Shown here: positions 31,665 through 41,503 of the stretch, piece by piece | Layout: every line of letters begins with the position of its first letter | How positions within the stretch are numbered: the stretch's first letter is position 1 | DNA from: an uncultured archaeon | GTDB taxonomy: Archaea > Thermoproteota > Nitrososphaeria_A > Caldarchaeales > Wolframiiraptoraceae | DNA length: 64,000 bases | Direction of reading: 5' to 3' | Assembly (NCBI GenBank): GCA_938083505.1 | Contig: CALKCF010000007.1 | Location: forward strand, 118,715 to 182,714 | Translations under genes and position numbers: made by a program | Notes under the pieces: model-generated | Told to the model about the DNA's origin: nothing | Database searches by the model: none | What the model saw: only the letters and a program-made list of their open reading frames with translations

Positions 31665-32519
31665 CTAATAGCGGCGCGAGAATGCTTTGCTTAACGCTTC
31701 GTAGTCCTCTAAGCTCATCGACCAACCTACAGACCCCGCATTTTCTTTAACGTGCTCGATTTTCACAGCTTTAGGTATCGCTATAACGCTTGGCCTCCTT
31801 ACAACCCAATTAAGTGCCACCTGAGAGTACGTCTTTTTATATTTCTCAGCTAAGCTCTGCAACGCATCTGCCTCGTGCCTATCCAAGTGTTTCCTAGGTT
31901 CCGAGAGTTTACCGCGTGAAAGCGGACTGTACGCAATCACAGTTATTTTTTCTTTTTCGCAGAAAGGTAGTAGGTCACGTTCTATGCTTCTATCTAGTAA
32001 GCTGTACTCGACTTGGTTCGATACTATCTCTTCGCTGGCGAGCGCCACCATGGCCTCCTCTAGCTCGCTTACTGAAAAGTTGCTGACACCTATGAACCTC
32101 ACAAGGCCTTCCTTAACTAGCCTCTCCATTGCCCTCATCGTTTCCCTGATGGGTATTCTCGGGTTTGGCCAGTGAATCTGGTAGAGATCTATGGTCTTAA
32201 CGTTAAGCCTGCTAAGGCTGGCCTTCGCAGACTTTATCACGGAATCGTAGGACAGGTGCTCCGGAGATACCTTCGTCGCGATGAAGAGCTCTGTCTTTGA
32301 GTCCGCTATGGCTCTGCCCACAACCTCCTCAGAGTGTCCAGCTCCATAAGCCTCGGCCGTATCGATAAGCGTCATACCCAATTCTATTCCAAGCTTAAGG
32401 GCCGCTATGGCTTCCGCATCTCTGCTATCGTCCCTGCTGTAGAATCCGCCTATGCCCCAAGTCCCCTGACCCAAGGCTGGAACCTTACAACCGGCCCTAC
32501 CTAACTCCCTATACTCCAC
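31665..32519 (-). CDS. Aldo/keto reductase
   Basis: GQGTWG, DTAEAYG, IDLYQIHWP, GVSNF, IPK. Confidence 0.95.
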   Translation of the reverse strand: MEYRELGRAGCKVPALGQGTWGIGGFYSRDDSRDAEAIAALKLGIELGMTLIDTAEAYGAGHSEEVVGRAIADSKTELFIATKVSPEHLSYDSVIKSAKASLSRLNVKTIDLYQIHWPNPRIPIRETMRAMERLVKEGLVRFIGVSNFSVSELEEAMVALASEEIVSNQVEYSLLDRSIERDLLPFCEKEKITVIAYSPLSRGKLSEPRKHLDRHEADALQSLAEKYKKTYSQVALNWVVRRPSVIAIPKAVKIEHVKENAGSVGWSMSLEDYEALSKAFSRRY

Positions 32520-32645
32520 GCCGATATTCTGTACACGGTAGGATTTTAGATTTCTGAATTAGTTCAGAGCCGAGGAAAAATTTTCTGACATGCTGAACTA
32601 ATCGGTTGGCATGCGGTACCCATGGCACTATAGGCACATCATCCC

Positions 32646-33509
32646 TTACTGGACCTTAGCAGCGGATTGCAACAAAAGGGCCTCCGCATAAGCTTTCTTG
32701 AGAAGGTACGGCAGCGTCTCTTTTGTTACGTACGAGGCCTCTATGGCAACGGCAAGCGCCTTCATATAAGCCAACGCTATAACCTGCGCCGAGGTCTCCT
32801 TGGTTACGTAACTGATGTTCACGGCAAAGTTGAACGCGTTCTTTACTGCCGCCTCAATCTCTCGTCTAGTCTTATCCAAGTCTATGAGTAGCTCATCGCC
32901 CGAGTAAATTCTGCCTCCCTCGTAAGCCGCCTCGATCATTACTCCCTTCAGTACGGCCTTTATGTCCAGTTTCATGAGAAGGCTAGCCAATGCTGGTGAT
33001 ATCACGTCACCCTTCTTCGCTACGAGCGTATCTTTAGCTATCCAGATGCTGCCACCGTCTATCCTCGTCGGTATCTTCATCTTACCTAACTCGCTCAATA
33101 TAGGGCCTGGTGGTATGCCCGTGTTGCACTCTGGAATTATAACATCAACATCAGCTTTTTCGCCTGCCTTTGCATGCATGAGCACCCTGTTCTTCTGTAG
33201 TATGAGCGCGAGCTTGAATGCTGATACGTCACTGAATATCAGGCCGATGGGGTTGAGCTTATCCTCCACGAGACTCTTTAGTTGAGTTATGCCGGCCTTT
33301 TCGGCTGCCTTAATAAAGAGCGTTTTTTTAGTCACCTTAAACACAGTATTTTGTCTAAGCTTCGCTCTCAACTCATGCAAGACATTTGCCCTCACGCCCG
33401 TAAGCCCGAACACGGCGATCACTGGGTACTTTTTTATGCAGTCTACAAGTTCGGCTAGTTCACGTTCTTTCCAAGCCCTGCCAGCTCTTTTCTTTAGAAC
33501 CAACGCCAA
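32646..33509 (-). CDS. rpl10: 50S ribosomal protein L10 (uL10/P0)
   Basis: LR..LR, TG.PPGP, follows L11 and L1. Confidence 0.93.
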   Translation of the reverse strand: MALVLKKRAGRAWKERELAELVDCIKKYPVIAVFGLTGVRANVLHELRAKLRQNTVFKVTKKTLFIKAAEKAGITQLKSLVEDKLNPIGLIFSDVSAFKLALILQKNRVLMHAKAGEKADVDVIIPECNTGIPPGPILSELGKMKIPTRIDGGSIWIAKDTLVAKKGDVISPALASLLMKLDIKAVLKGVMIEAAYEGGRIYSGDELLIDLDKTRREIEAAVKNAFNFAVNISYVTKETSAQVIALAYMKALAVAIEASYVTKETLPYLLKKAYAEALLLQSAAKVQ

Positions 33510-33555
33510 CTTAGTTCACCGACCTTTAACACATCGAGCTTAATATATCCCTCGC

Positions 33556-34230
33556 TTACTTTTCCTCGATTTCAACCTTTACCGGCTTGCCCATGGTTTT
33601 TTTGACGTATATAGACGCTATGTTCTTGAACCTCTTCTCTAACTTTTCCACGATTCTGTTGATCACTGTCTCCGCATTTTCAGCCAGCGCCTTAGAATCC
33701 ATGTCTTCCGTTCCGATAATGCAGCCGAGTTTCGGACCCTTTCGCAACCTAAGGGTCACACTTCTTGAATACTTTTCTACGAACTTATCGAGTTCCGTGC
33801 CTGGGGGTATGGGCACCGGCGCTTTACCCTTCGCACCTAGTACTGCACCGAGTGCTTTCGCCGCTATGCTCATCATAGAAGGTTCGACGAGGAAGTAATC
33901 GTAGCTCCTTGCGAGCTTCTTTGCCATCCTCTTGTTACCTACTAAAGCCTCAAGGTCTTCCTTTCCTAAGACCTTGTCCACTGTCGATATCTTTTCTGCC
34001 TTGAGCGCCATATCGCCGGATGCTATCACGCATATCTTCCTCTTCTTTTTTCCGAGGGCGTGTGGGAGCTCGATGGTTTCCGTAAACCTATTCTCTGGTT
34101 TTGTTAGGTCTACATCTTTTACATTCATCGTGAGCTCAATCGATTGAAGAAACTTCCTAGTAGGTGACTTCTTTGCAGCTTCTATGGCATCCAATAGCTT
34201 AGACGATAGTGTTCTTAACAAACTAACCAC
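33556..34230 (-). CDS. rpl1: 50S ribosomal protein L1
   Basis: RKF.QS.EL, LPH, IG.EDM, K.TMG. Confidence 0.95.
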   Translation of the reverse strand: MVSLLRTLSSKLLDAIEAAKKSPTRKFLQSIELTMNVKDVDLTKPENRFTETIELPHALGKKKRKICVIASGDMALKAEKISTVDKVLGKEDLEALVGNKRMAKKLARSYDYFLVEPSMMSIAAKALGAVLGAKGKAPVPIPPGTELDKFVEKYSRSVTLRLRKGPKLGCIIGTEDMDSKALAENAETVINRIVEKLEKRFKNIASIYVKKTMGKPVKVEIEEK

Positions 34231-34705
34231 CTAGCATGCTATCATATATGCCCGAATCTACCTCTTTAAGTACCTGCTTAGGTTCTTTACCATCAACCTT
34301 TATTCCTATACTCACACACGTACCAATGACTTGCTTCAGTGCAGCTTTTAAGGTCTTGGCTCGTAGGTCTGGCACCTTTATCTTTGCTATCTTAATGGCA
34401 GCGTCCATTGATAGGTTGCCAACGTATTCCTTACCAGGGTTGCCCGAGCCCTTCTTAACTGCCGCCTCTTTTACTATCAAGGCCGCAACCGTTGGTGTTC
34501 CTACCTTAACCGAAAACTCTTTTGTATCTGTGTCAACACTTATCTCGACTGGGACGCGCATTCCCATAAATTCTGCCGTGACTTCGTTTATCTTTTCCAC
34601 GATCATGGGCACGTTTAACCCGAGCGGTCCTAAAGAAGAACCTATGGGCGGTCCTGCCGTAGCTTTACCTCCTTCTATGATGAATTTGAACCGCTTCTCA
34701 GGCAT
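34223..34705 (-). CDS. rpl11: 50S ribosomal protein L11
   Basis: GGKA.AGPP.G..LGP.G. Confidence 0.97.
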   Translation of the reverse strand: MPEKRFKFIIEGGKATAGPPIGSSLGPLGLNVPMIVEKINEVTAEFMGMRVPVEISVDTDTKEFSVKVGTPTVAALIVKEAAVKKGSGNPGKEYVGNLSMDAAIKIAKIKVPDLRAKTLKAALKQVIGTCVSIGIKVDGKEPKQVLKEVDSGIYDSMLGG

Positions 34706-34707
34706 CC

Positions 34708-35178
34708 TTAACTCGCACCCCCTTTCCGAGAAGAGAGAATTTTTATCTGGTCAACCGATATTGATATCGGTAAGGGGAACGCCGCTTCAGACAACTCAAC
34801 AGTAACCTCCCTCTTGGTCCTATCTACTCTTATGACTTTACCAGTTATCCCCTTCAACGGACCAGCAATTATCTCGACAGAATCCCCTTCTGAGAGAATA
34901 TCTATTATAAGTTTCTCGACTAAGTGGTTAGATATTTCCTTTATATCTATCGGCATTGCAGGTCTACTCTTTATGTGTCTGATTCCTTGTATGAGAGCAT
35001 TTATAACTTCCTTACTTTTCGCCTCAACAAAGATGTAACCTTTAACGTCTGGGAGTGTTAGGATAGAAGCTACTTCTGCGTTCTCGCCTCTTACCCTACT
35101 CTCCAGTATCTTGGCTACGTTCCTCTCTTGCCCCGCTGTCGTCTTTATCGCGAATAGTTTATACTTCTCCACACTCAA
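34708..35178 (-). CDS. spt5: Transcription elongation factor Spt5
   Basis: TT.GQE..VA, KGY.F.E, KOW motif. Confidence 0.95.
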   Translation of the reverse strand: MSVEKYKLFAIKTTAGQERNVAKILESRVRGENAEVASILTLPDVKGYIFVEAKSKEVINALIQGIRHIKSRPAMPIDIKEISNHLVEKLIIDILSEGDSVEIIAGPLKGITGKVIRVDRTKREVTVELSEAAFPLPISISVDQIKILSSRKGGAS

Positions 35179-35282
35179 ACCTTAGCATCCCCAAGCCTCA
35201 ACGATTATCAGGCCTTTAACTACCCCCTTTAACCAAACCGTCCTTAAATATCTATTTTTTGCCTGCTCAACATCCTTTAATG

Positions 35283-35453
35283 TTAAATCGTCTGGAGAGC
35301 TAGGGCTACAAATCTTACTATAAAAGCGATCGCACCTAACACAATTATGCCCAGAAACGTGATTTTTAAAGCTATCATAAACTCGGTCCTACTAGGCTTC
35401 TTCGCCACCTTCATGAGTGTCTTTACGGATTTAAAGAACTCGATAAGCTTCAT
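35283..35453 (-). CDS. secE: Protein translocase SecE/Sec61-gamma (missed by ORF track)
   Basis: Hand translation MKLIEFFKSVKTLMKVAKKPSRTEFMIALKITFLGIIVLGAIAFIVRFVALALQTI; canonical position before spt5. Confidence 0.93.
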   Translation of the reverse strand: MKLIEFFKSVKTLMKVAKKPSRTEFMIALKITFLGIIVLGAIAFIVRFVALALQTI

Positions 35454-36007
35454 GTTTTTTCGCTAAACTTTTCTTTCGTGTATGATATATCTTTTTTCTT
35501 AAAGGATTTTCCCGCCTCATAAAGATAGAGTTTATGTAACCTTCCATCCTCTGTGGAGACCTTGCTCGCCACGATTAAAGGTTGCCATTCTAGAACCGGA
35601 AAGTCATGGGTGATGAGTTTCGTCCCAGGTTTAGTATAGAACTCGAGTCTTGGTTTTAGAATTTTCAAAGCGTCAGGGGTCAGATACAACGTTATAACAT
35701 CCGCCGAGCTGACGTCAAACTTGAATAGATCCCCCCTTATTATTCTGAAGTTTTTGATACCTTTTTCTAGCAGCTTATTATAGGCATAGCTCGCCAGATT
35801 AGGGTTGGACTCCACACCTATAACGGAACACCCATAGTTACTGGCCGCCTCTACCAATATTCTCCCATCTCCACAGCCTAGGTCGACGAGTAGTTGCCCT
35901 TCTCTCGGCTCTACAAGATCTAGCATCAGCTTGACCGTGTCAATCGGTGACGGATAGAAGGGTATCTTCGGAGAATAGTGCTTTCTTAAAATGTATGGAT
36001 ACGACAT
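35450..36007 (-). CDS. Class I SAM methyltransferase (protein-lysine methyltransferase-like)
   Basis: P..PSP, DLGCGDGRI, D.I.LYL, HDF. Confidence 0.8.
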   Translation of the reverse strand: MSYPYILRKHYSPKIPFYPSPIDTVKLMLDLVEPREGQLLVDLGCGDGRILVEAASNYGCSVIGVESNPNLASYAYNKLLEKGIKNFRIIRGDLFKFDVSSADVITLYLTPDALKILKPRLEFYTKPGTKLITHDFPVLEWQPLIVASKVSTEDGRLHKLYLYEAGKSFKKKDISYTKEKFSEKT

Positions 36008-36039
36008 AACCCGCGTATAGTTAAACAGAGGGGCTTGGA

Positions 36040-36972
36040 TTAAAATTTTCTTCCATCCTGAAGTAAGTACAATAGTAAAGCAGCCTCGGTATGCAGCCTG
36101 TTAGCAGCCTGTTGCCAAACCATGGATTTCTTGCCATCGATCACGGATGCCTCCACTTCTTCTTCCCTATGCGCTGGTAAACAATGCATGAATATCGCGT
36201 CAGGTTTTGCTAAGGACATCAACTTCTCTGTTACCTTGTATCTCGGATAAAAAACCTTCAACCTCTTCTCCCTTTCTTCCTCCTGACCCATGGAAACAAA
36301 AACGTCTGTGTAGACAACGTCGGCATCCCTTACAGCCTCTTCTGGATTTTCTGTCAACTCTATTGAACTCCCAGACATCCTCATCCACTCCTTCGCTTGT
36401 GTTATCACGTTTTTTGGTGGCTGATATTCCTTAGGTGATGCCACCGAAATTCTGGCACCAAGTAGTGAACATGCTTGGATGAGAGAATTACAAACATTGT
36501 TTCCGTCACCGATGTAGGCAACTTTTACCCCTTGGATGCTACCCTTTAGCTCCTTGATCGTCATCATATCAGCAAGTCCTTGGCAAGGATGAAATCTATC
36601 ACTTAAGGCGTTGATTATCGGTACCGAGCTGTATCTTGCCATCTCAGAAAGCGTCTCATGCTTACAGACTCTTGCAACGATGGCGTCCACGTAAGCCGAC
36701 AGCGCGTGTGCGGTATCACTCAACGGCTCTCCTCTGCTCACTTGCATCTCGCTAACACTGAGCGGAACGCTTTCACCACCAAGCCTTGCTATCGCTACTT
36801 GAAAGGATACTCTGGTTCTAGTAGACGGTTTTTCGAAAATCAAAGCTACGGACTTGCCGGATAGTGGTTTATTATCGGGATATCCTTTCTTCTTAAAATT
36901 TATAGCCATGTCTATTATGCGTAGTATTTCTTCTGCGGTATATCCTTCAAAATCTAAGAAGTGTCTAACCAT
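36040..36972 (-). CDS. argF: Ornithine carbamoyltransferase
   Basis: STRT, HPCQ, SMG, HCLP. Confidence 0.97.
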   Translation of the reverse strand: MVRHFLDFEGYTAEEILRIIDMAINFKKKGYPDNKPLSGKSVALIFEKPSTRTRVSFQVAIARLGGESVPLSVSEMQVSRGEPLSDTAHALSAYVDAIVARVCKHETLSEMARYSSVPIINALSDRFHPCQGLADMMTIKELKGSIQGVKVAYIGDGNNVCNSLIQACSLLGARISVASPKEYQPPKNVITQAKEWMRMSGSSIELTENPEEAVRDADVVYTDVFVSMGQEEEREKRLKVFYPRYKVTEKLMSLAKPDAIFMHCLPAHREEEVEASVIDGKKSMVWQQAANRLHTEAALLLYLLQDGRKF

Positions 36973-37109
36973 GTCAAAACCGTATTACAAATAAATATTT
37001 AAGCGTACTAACTTGTGAAGCAATGGTAACCTTTATCTTAACTATCACCTATAACGTGACGTAGTCTAGGGGGGCGGTTTTCATATTCTTTGACGAAGAA
37101 GGAGAGGCG

Positions 37110-38918
37110 TTGGATAAAATACTGGAAGCGTTAGCCTCACCTATAAGGATTGAGATGCTGAAACAACTCTCTAAACATGATATGAACTACACGGAATTGA
37201 TACGCTCAGTGGGCATGAATCCTCAGAAAGATGCAGGAAAGTTCTCTTACCACTTGAAGAAGCTTCTCAGCTCTAAGCTCATAAGAATTAATGAGAAGAC
37301 GAAACTTTATGAGCTTTCTCATAGCGGTAGGGCAATGCTTGATGTAATTGAACAGGCAATAAGGAAGCTAGCAGGCTCGGACTTACTGATTGTCAGACGT
37401 AGCGAGTGCTCGATAGAACCCTTTGATAAGAATAAGATAGTGAACGCTTTGGTCAAGGAAGCTGGCATGCCAGCAAAACTTGCCCATAAAGTCGCATCCA
37501 TCGTGGAAGAAAAGCTTCTTGACCTTAAAATAGAGTACCTATCCGCACCCTTGATTAGGGAAATTGTAAACTCCATTTTGATAGACCAAGGGTTAGAAAA
37601 GTACAGACATAAGCTTACAAGGGTTGGCATGCCCATTTATGATGTCGCTCAGACGATCAAGAACGCTTCAAAGCAAGGTGGAACCACCGCTATCATGAAG
37701 TCTGCGGCAAATTCGGTTTTGAAGGAGTACGTGCTACTTAACGTGCTGCCAAGAAACGTAGCTGACGCTTATCTCTCCGGAATGGTAGACATTTGCTTTC
37801 TGGAATCATGGGTTACGTCAATTTATGGTAAGGCATACGATATACGTACACTAAATGATGCTGAGGGCGCAGATATGCGCGAGGCACTCATAATGAATTT
37901 CATGAGAGATGTGTTTGCTGTTGAAAAAGAATTTCTTCTTTACAATCTTAACGACGTTATGGCGAACAAAAAATTATTAAAACAACTTGTATCGGCACTC
38001 GTAAAAACTTCATCCCTAAGTATGTTTGAGGACCCTAAGTTTGTGCTTAACGTTGTCGAGAACTCGGAATGTGTAGAAGATTTTATAGAGAGTTTTGACA
38101 AGTATCAAAAGGATAACATCTCAATTGTATTAAGTAAAGATTTGATTGAGAGAATGTCCACACGTTACATTTCCAAAGAGGGGCTCGAATTAATATTCTC
38201 AAGATGTCCCAAATCAGAGATTTTAACGAGCGATGGATACAAAATCTCCATTAAGGATGCAGAAAATACCGAAAGCTTTCTATGTGGTGTGGCCGTGTTG
38301 AATATGCCAAGGTTGGCACTGCAGTCTGCGGGCAACGAGGAAGAATTTATGGAGTCCGTGAGAAGAACTATGCAGTTTATTATAACAGCCTTTATAAAGA
38401 AGATGAACCTGACAGACGTGCTTTATGGGGACGTAAACATAAAACACCAATTTATAGTATCACCATGCGGCATGTTCGAGGCGATAAAATGCTTAACGGG
38501 AAAATATCCGACCAACGAATCTTCCGATATTTTGTTAAATGTGTTGAGGGAAATGGTTAAGCTGACGTTGAAGAGCTCTAAAAAGAACTTCCAAACAGGG
38601 GTCGCTAATGTCTGTCCCCCACAATCCTCTAAGAGGATGACCAAGTCTGATATAGAGAGGTTTGGCTTCAAAACGATATCGAGCCTATCCTTCCATGCAA
38701 TGACATCTAACTTTGCCTATTCGACAACCATCGTGCCCCATGACGCGAAAATGCCGCAGGAAGATAGGCTACAGCTTGAGGTAAAAGTCGCCAACGTTTT
38801 GAACGGTGGTTATATGGTAATGCTGTCTAAACCTTCGAAGGACAAGGAAGCACAAGAAACCATCAACATTATCAAGAGGTACTTAGAAGCCGGCTGCGAT
38901 TCCCTAAAATTCATTTAG
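37110..38918 (+). CDS. ArsR-type HTH + ATP-cone + degenerate class III ribonucleotide reductase barrel
   Basis: N-terminal wHTH; VRRS....E.FD..KI...L..EA ATP cone; LTRVG.P.YD, LNMPRLA; no glycyl-radical RxxGY. Confidence 0.75.
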   Translation: MDKILEALASPIRIEMLKQLSKHDMNYTELIRSVGMNPQKDAGKFSYHLKKLLSSKLIRINEKTKLYELSHSGRAMLDVIEQAIRKLAGSDLLIVRRSECSIEPFDKNKIVNALVKEAGMPAKLAHKVASIVEEKLLDLKIEYLSAPLIREIVNSILIDQGLEKYRHKLTRVGMPIYDVAQTIKNASKQGGTTAIMKSAANSVLKEYVLLNVLPRNVADAYLSGMVDICFLESWVTSIYGKAYDIRTLNDAEGADMREALIMNFMRDVFAVEKEFLLYNLNDVMANKKLLKQLVSALVKTSSLSMFEDPKFVLNVVENSECVEDFIESFDKYQKDNISIVLSKDLIERMSTRYISKEGLELIFSRCPKSEILTSDGYKISIKDAENTESFLCGVAVLNMPRLALQSAGNEEEFMESVRRTMQFIITAFIKKMNLTDVLYGDVNIKHQFIVSPCGMFEAIKCLTGKYPTNESSDILLNVLREMVKLTLKSSKKNFQTGVANVCPPQSSKRMTKSDIERFGFKTISSLSFHAMTSNFAYSTTIVPHDAKMPQEDRLQLEVKVANVLNGGYMVMLSKPSKDKEAQETINIIKRYLEAGCDSLKFI

Positions 38919-39285
38919 ACTTTAGCAAAAGAATTGCCTTTGCTAAATCTCCGCCTACTTCTATGAGTGTCCTCTTTGCCTCCTCCTCAGACACACCTGC
39001 CTGGAGCGCCACGATGGCTATGTCGTCTGGCGACGGTTCGTAGACTGGAGCTTTTTCTTCACTTACTGTAACTTTCTGCTCAGAAACCTCGCCACCTATG
39101 ATCTGATAGACCTTTTCTCCACCAACTTGTAAAATCACGACGGTGGGCTCTTTTATTACTATGTCCCTATCCGGCAGACGAAGCACAACCTCCTTAGCAA
39201 CGTTTTGCTCTGTAACATCAAGACCCAAACTACTAAGTAGCTTTGATTGTATCCTTCTAAGTTCGCGCGAGCTCAACTTTCTCAT
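38911..39285 (-). CDS. nac: Nascent polypeptide-associated complex protein
   Basis: NAC barrel (YQ..G) plus UBA-like DDI..V..QAGVS.EEA...L....GDLA.AI. Confidence 0.92.
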   Translation of the reverse strand: MRKLSSRELRRIQSKLLSSLGLDVTEQNVAKEVVLRLPDRDIVIKEPTVVILQVGGEKVYQIIGGEVSEQKVTVSEEKAPVYEPSPDDIAIVALQAGVSEEEAKRTLIEVGGDLAKAILLLKSK

Positions 39286-39752
39286 AGGGCTTCACTCCTA
39301 AACTTTCTAACCTTCACGGCTAAGCCCCGTCTAAATTTACCCATTTCACAACCGCTAATCACGGCCTTACCCACGGCTAGTAGTTCGCCTTTATCGTTTT
39401 CTATGATAACTTCGTCGCCTGGCAGAATCTTTGGGTCAGCCTTAAGAACATGCTTAGAAAATAAGGACTTACCCTCGGCGATGAATTTGGTAGCATCATC
39501 TGATGCTATGACCTTAAACCTACCATACGGTAGCAATTCCCTCAATCTCATAGCACCTTCAACTGTCAATGCTATCAAGCCGTCATTGCACCTAATAGTC
39601 GCCAGAAGCTTGCCGTTCAAGTATACTCTCCTGGGTTTACCTGTACGTTTTGATACCTCGATAACGACGTTGTCCGGGAAAAGGTGTTCGCCTACATCCA
39701 TTCCGAATTGGTAATTCGAAATCGCCCTGATCACGTCCAACAACTCAGCCAC
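39282..39752 (-). CDS. PUA-domain RNA-binding protein
   Basis: YQFG, G.S.F.KHV...D..I.PG.EV, G.AVKVR. Confidence 0.88.
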   Translation of the reverse strand: MAELLDVIRAISNYQFGMDVGEHLFPDNVVIEVSKRTGKPRRVYLNGKLLATIRCNDGLIALTVEGAMRLRELLPYGRFKVIASDDATKFIAEGKSLFSKHVLKADPKILPGDEVIIENDKGELLAVGKAVISGCEMGKFRRGLAVKVRKFRSEAL

Positions 39753-40998
39753 CCTCTATCCTGAACGATTTAACCAGACTGAGCCTCTTCAACTTTTCGG
39801 CTAAGTAGTTAGGCGTCTCAACTTTTAACTCTATGAGTCCACCTTCATATTTCAATTCTAAAACATTTGACTTTTCGCATATCTCAGATAAGACTTTTAC
39901 AGAACTTTCATCGCTTCCGTCTAACTTGGCTGTTGCTATTACGTAATTTCCCATCATCGAGGCTATATTTTGCTCTAGGAGGTCTATGTTAGTACGGTAC
40001 AAGGCCGATATCATCACATATGGTAGGGCCAGACCGAGCTTCTCAACTTTTTTTTCGGCATCGCCTACGAGGTCTATCTTGTTTAATATGACAAGCATCG
40101 GTATGGAGTGCGCTCCTATCAAGCCTAAAGTTTCTAGCGAATAGGTGAGCTTCTCCTTAATAACTTCTATAGGTTCTGAAAAATCTGCGACCAAAAGTAT
40201 TAGATCCGAGAATAGTATCTCGCTCAACGTGGAATGAAATGCATCGATAAGCATTGACGGTAGGTTTTTGATGAATCCTACGGTATCGGATAGGAACGCA
40301 CTTTTACCTCTTATCTTGACAAGCCTTATCGTCGTGGATAATGTTGTGAAGAGCCTGTTATCAACTGGCACGTTTTCTGATGTCAGCGCGTTGAAGAGCG
40401 TCGATTTGCCAGCATTAGTGTAACCAACAAGCGATATTGTTGGAATTCCGTACTTTTCTCTTCTAAGCCTGAACAATTCGCGCCTTTTCTTTATGCTGGC
40501 CAGCTTTTTAGTTAACGTATGTATTCTCTTGTTGATCTCGTTATAATAAACGTCAGCTTCATAAGCACCAAGTCCGTGGAAACCTGGCTGTTCGCCCATT
40601 TTCGCAAGCCTAACTTTTTCCCTAGCTCTCGAGAGTTCGTATTTTAGCTCCGCTAACTTAATTTGCAACTTAGCTTCTTTTGAGGAAGCGTGCAGGGAAA
40701 ATATTTCCAGTATTAGTTGGGTTCTTGACATAACAGGGACACCAAGGGCTTTTGCCAGGTTATATTCTTGTACGGTCTTTACGTCATTTTCAAAAATCAC
40801 CTTTTCTACGTTTAATCTTTTGACGACGTCCTTTAACTCTGCTAGCTTTCCAGGCCCAATATTATACTTTGGGTGCGGGTAGCGACGCTGCGCGAGCTCA
40901 TATACTACCTCGTAGCCTGCAGTTACACATAACTCCCTAAGCTCGTTTAAGTTCGGCTTCTCACCAGGCCGTATACAATGAACTATTGCTACCCTCAA
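39745..40998 (-). CDS. hflX: GTPase HflX
   Basis: GYTNAGKS, LF.TL, DTVGF, NKID. Confidence 0.96.
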   Translation of the reverse strand: MRVAIVHCIRPGEKPNLNELRELCVTAGYEVVYELAQRRYPHPKYNIGPGKLAELKDVVKRLNVEKVIFENDVKTVQEYNLAKALGVPVMSRTQLILEIFSLHASSKEAKLQIKLAELKYELSRAREKVRLAKMGEQPGFHGLGAYEADVYYNEINKRIHTLTKKLASIKKRRELFRLRREKYGIPTISLVGYTNAGKSTLFNALTSENVPVDNRLFTTLSTTIRLVKIRGKSAFLSDTVGFIKNLPSMLIDAFHSTLSEILFSDLILLVADFSEPIEVIKEKLTYSLETLGLIGAHSIPMLVILNKIDLVGDAEKKVEKLGLALPYVMISALYRTNIDLLEQNIASMMGNYVIATAKLDGSDESSVKVLSEICEKSNVLELKYEGGLIELKVETPNYLAEKLKRLSLVKSFRIEGG

Positions 40999-41030
40999 AG
41001 GCTTATATATAGTACTTTTTATGATTTATA

Positions 41031-41414
41031 TCAACCTTCCTTCTTTTCGGCTTCGAGCTTCTTCATAATATCGCCCAACGTATACCCACCAAGTTGTGGT
41101 TTGCTGAGAAATGGCTTATACTGATAATCCTCCACCTCACTCACCTCTTCTATTATCTGTATTTTCAAAAACTTCTCGAGCTTCTTAGCAAGCTCGATGG
41201 GGGGTTTGACTTCTCCCTGTTCGATTTTCTTAATGAGCGTTACTTTCTCGTTTAATTGCGTAGCAAGCTCCTCTTGTGACAAACCCATACGCTCTCTTGC
41301 GCTCTTTATCCTTACGTGAAAACCCTCCACATAATCGATTTTCTCCACAGGTATAAGGCTTTTTGAAGTCGTTCTCTTCTTAGGTTCGACCCTTTTCTGA
41401 AACTTAGAAGTCAT
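41031..41414 (-). CDS. mbf1: Multiprotein bridging factor aMBF1 (no N-terminal Zn ribbon)
   Basis: I..ARE..GLSQEELA..LNEK...I.KIE.G, TLGD; conserved position before hflX. Confidence 0.85.
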   Translation of the reverse strand: MTSKFQKRVEPKKRTTSKSLIPVEKIDYVEGFHVRIKSARERMGLSQEELATQLNEKVTLIKKIEQGEVKPPIELAKKLEKFLKIQIIEEVSEVEDYQYKPFLSKPQLGGYTLGDIMKKLEAEKKEG

Positions 41415-41503
41415 GCTGATTCATTAAAAGTACTCAAAATATCCTAATATATTTAATGCAAACACCGTTAGTTTTGTGATTAAATGTTTAATTTTAACGA
41501 TAT

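Noticed and set aside
37110-38918. Functional anaerobic ribonucleotide reductase NrdD
   Set aside because: Lacks the glycyl-radical loop, Zn site and an adjacent activase
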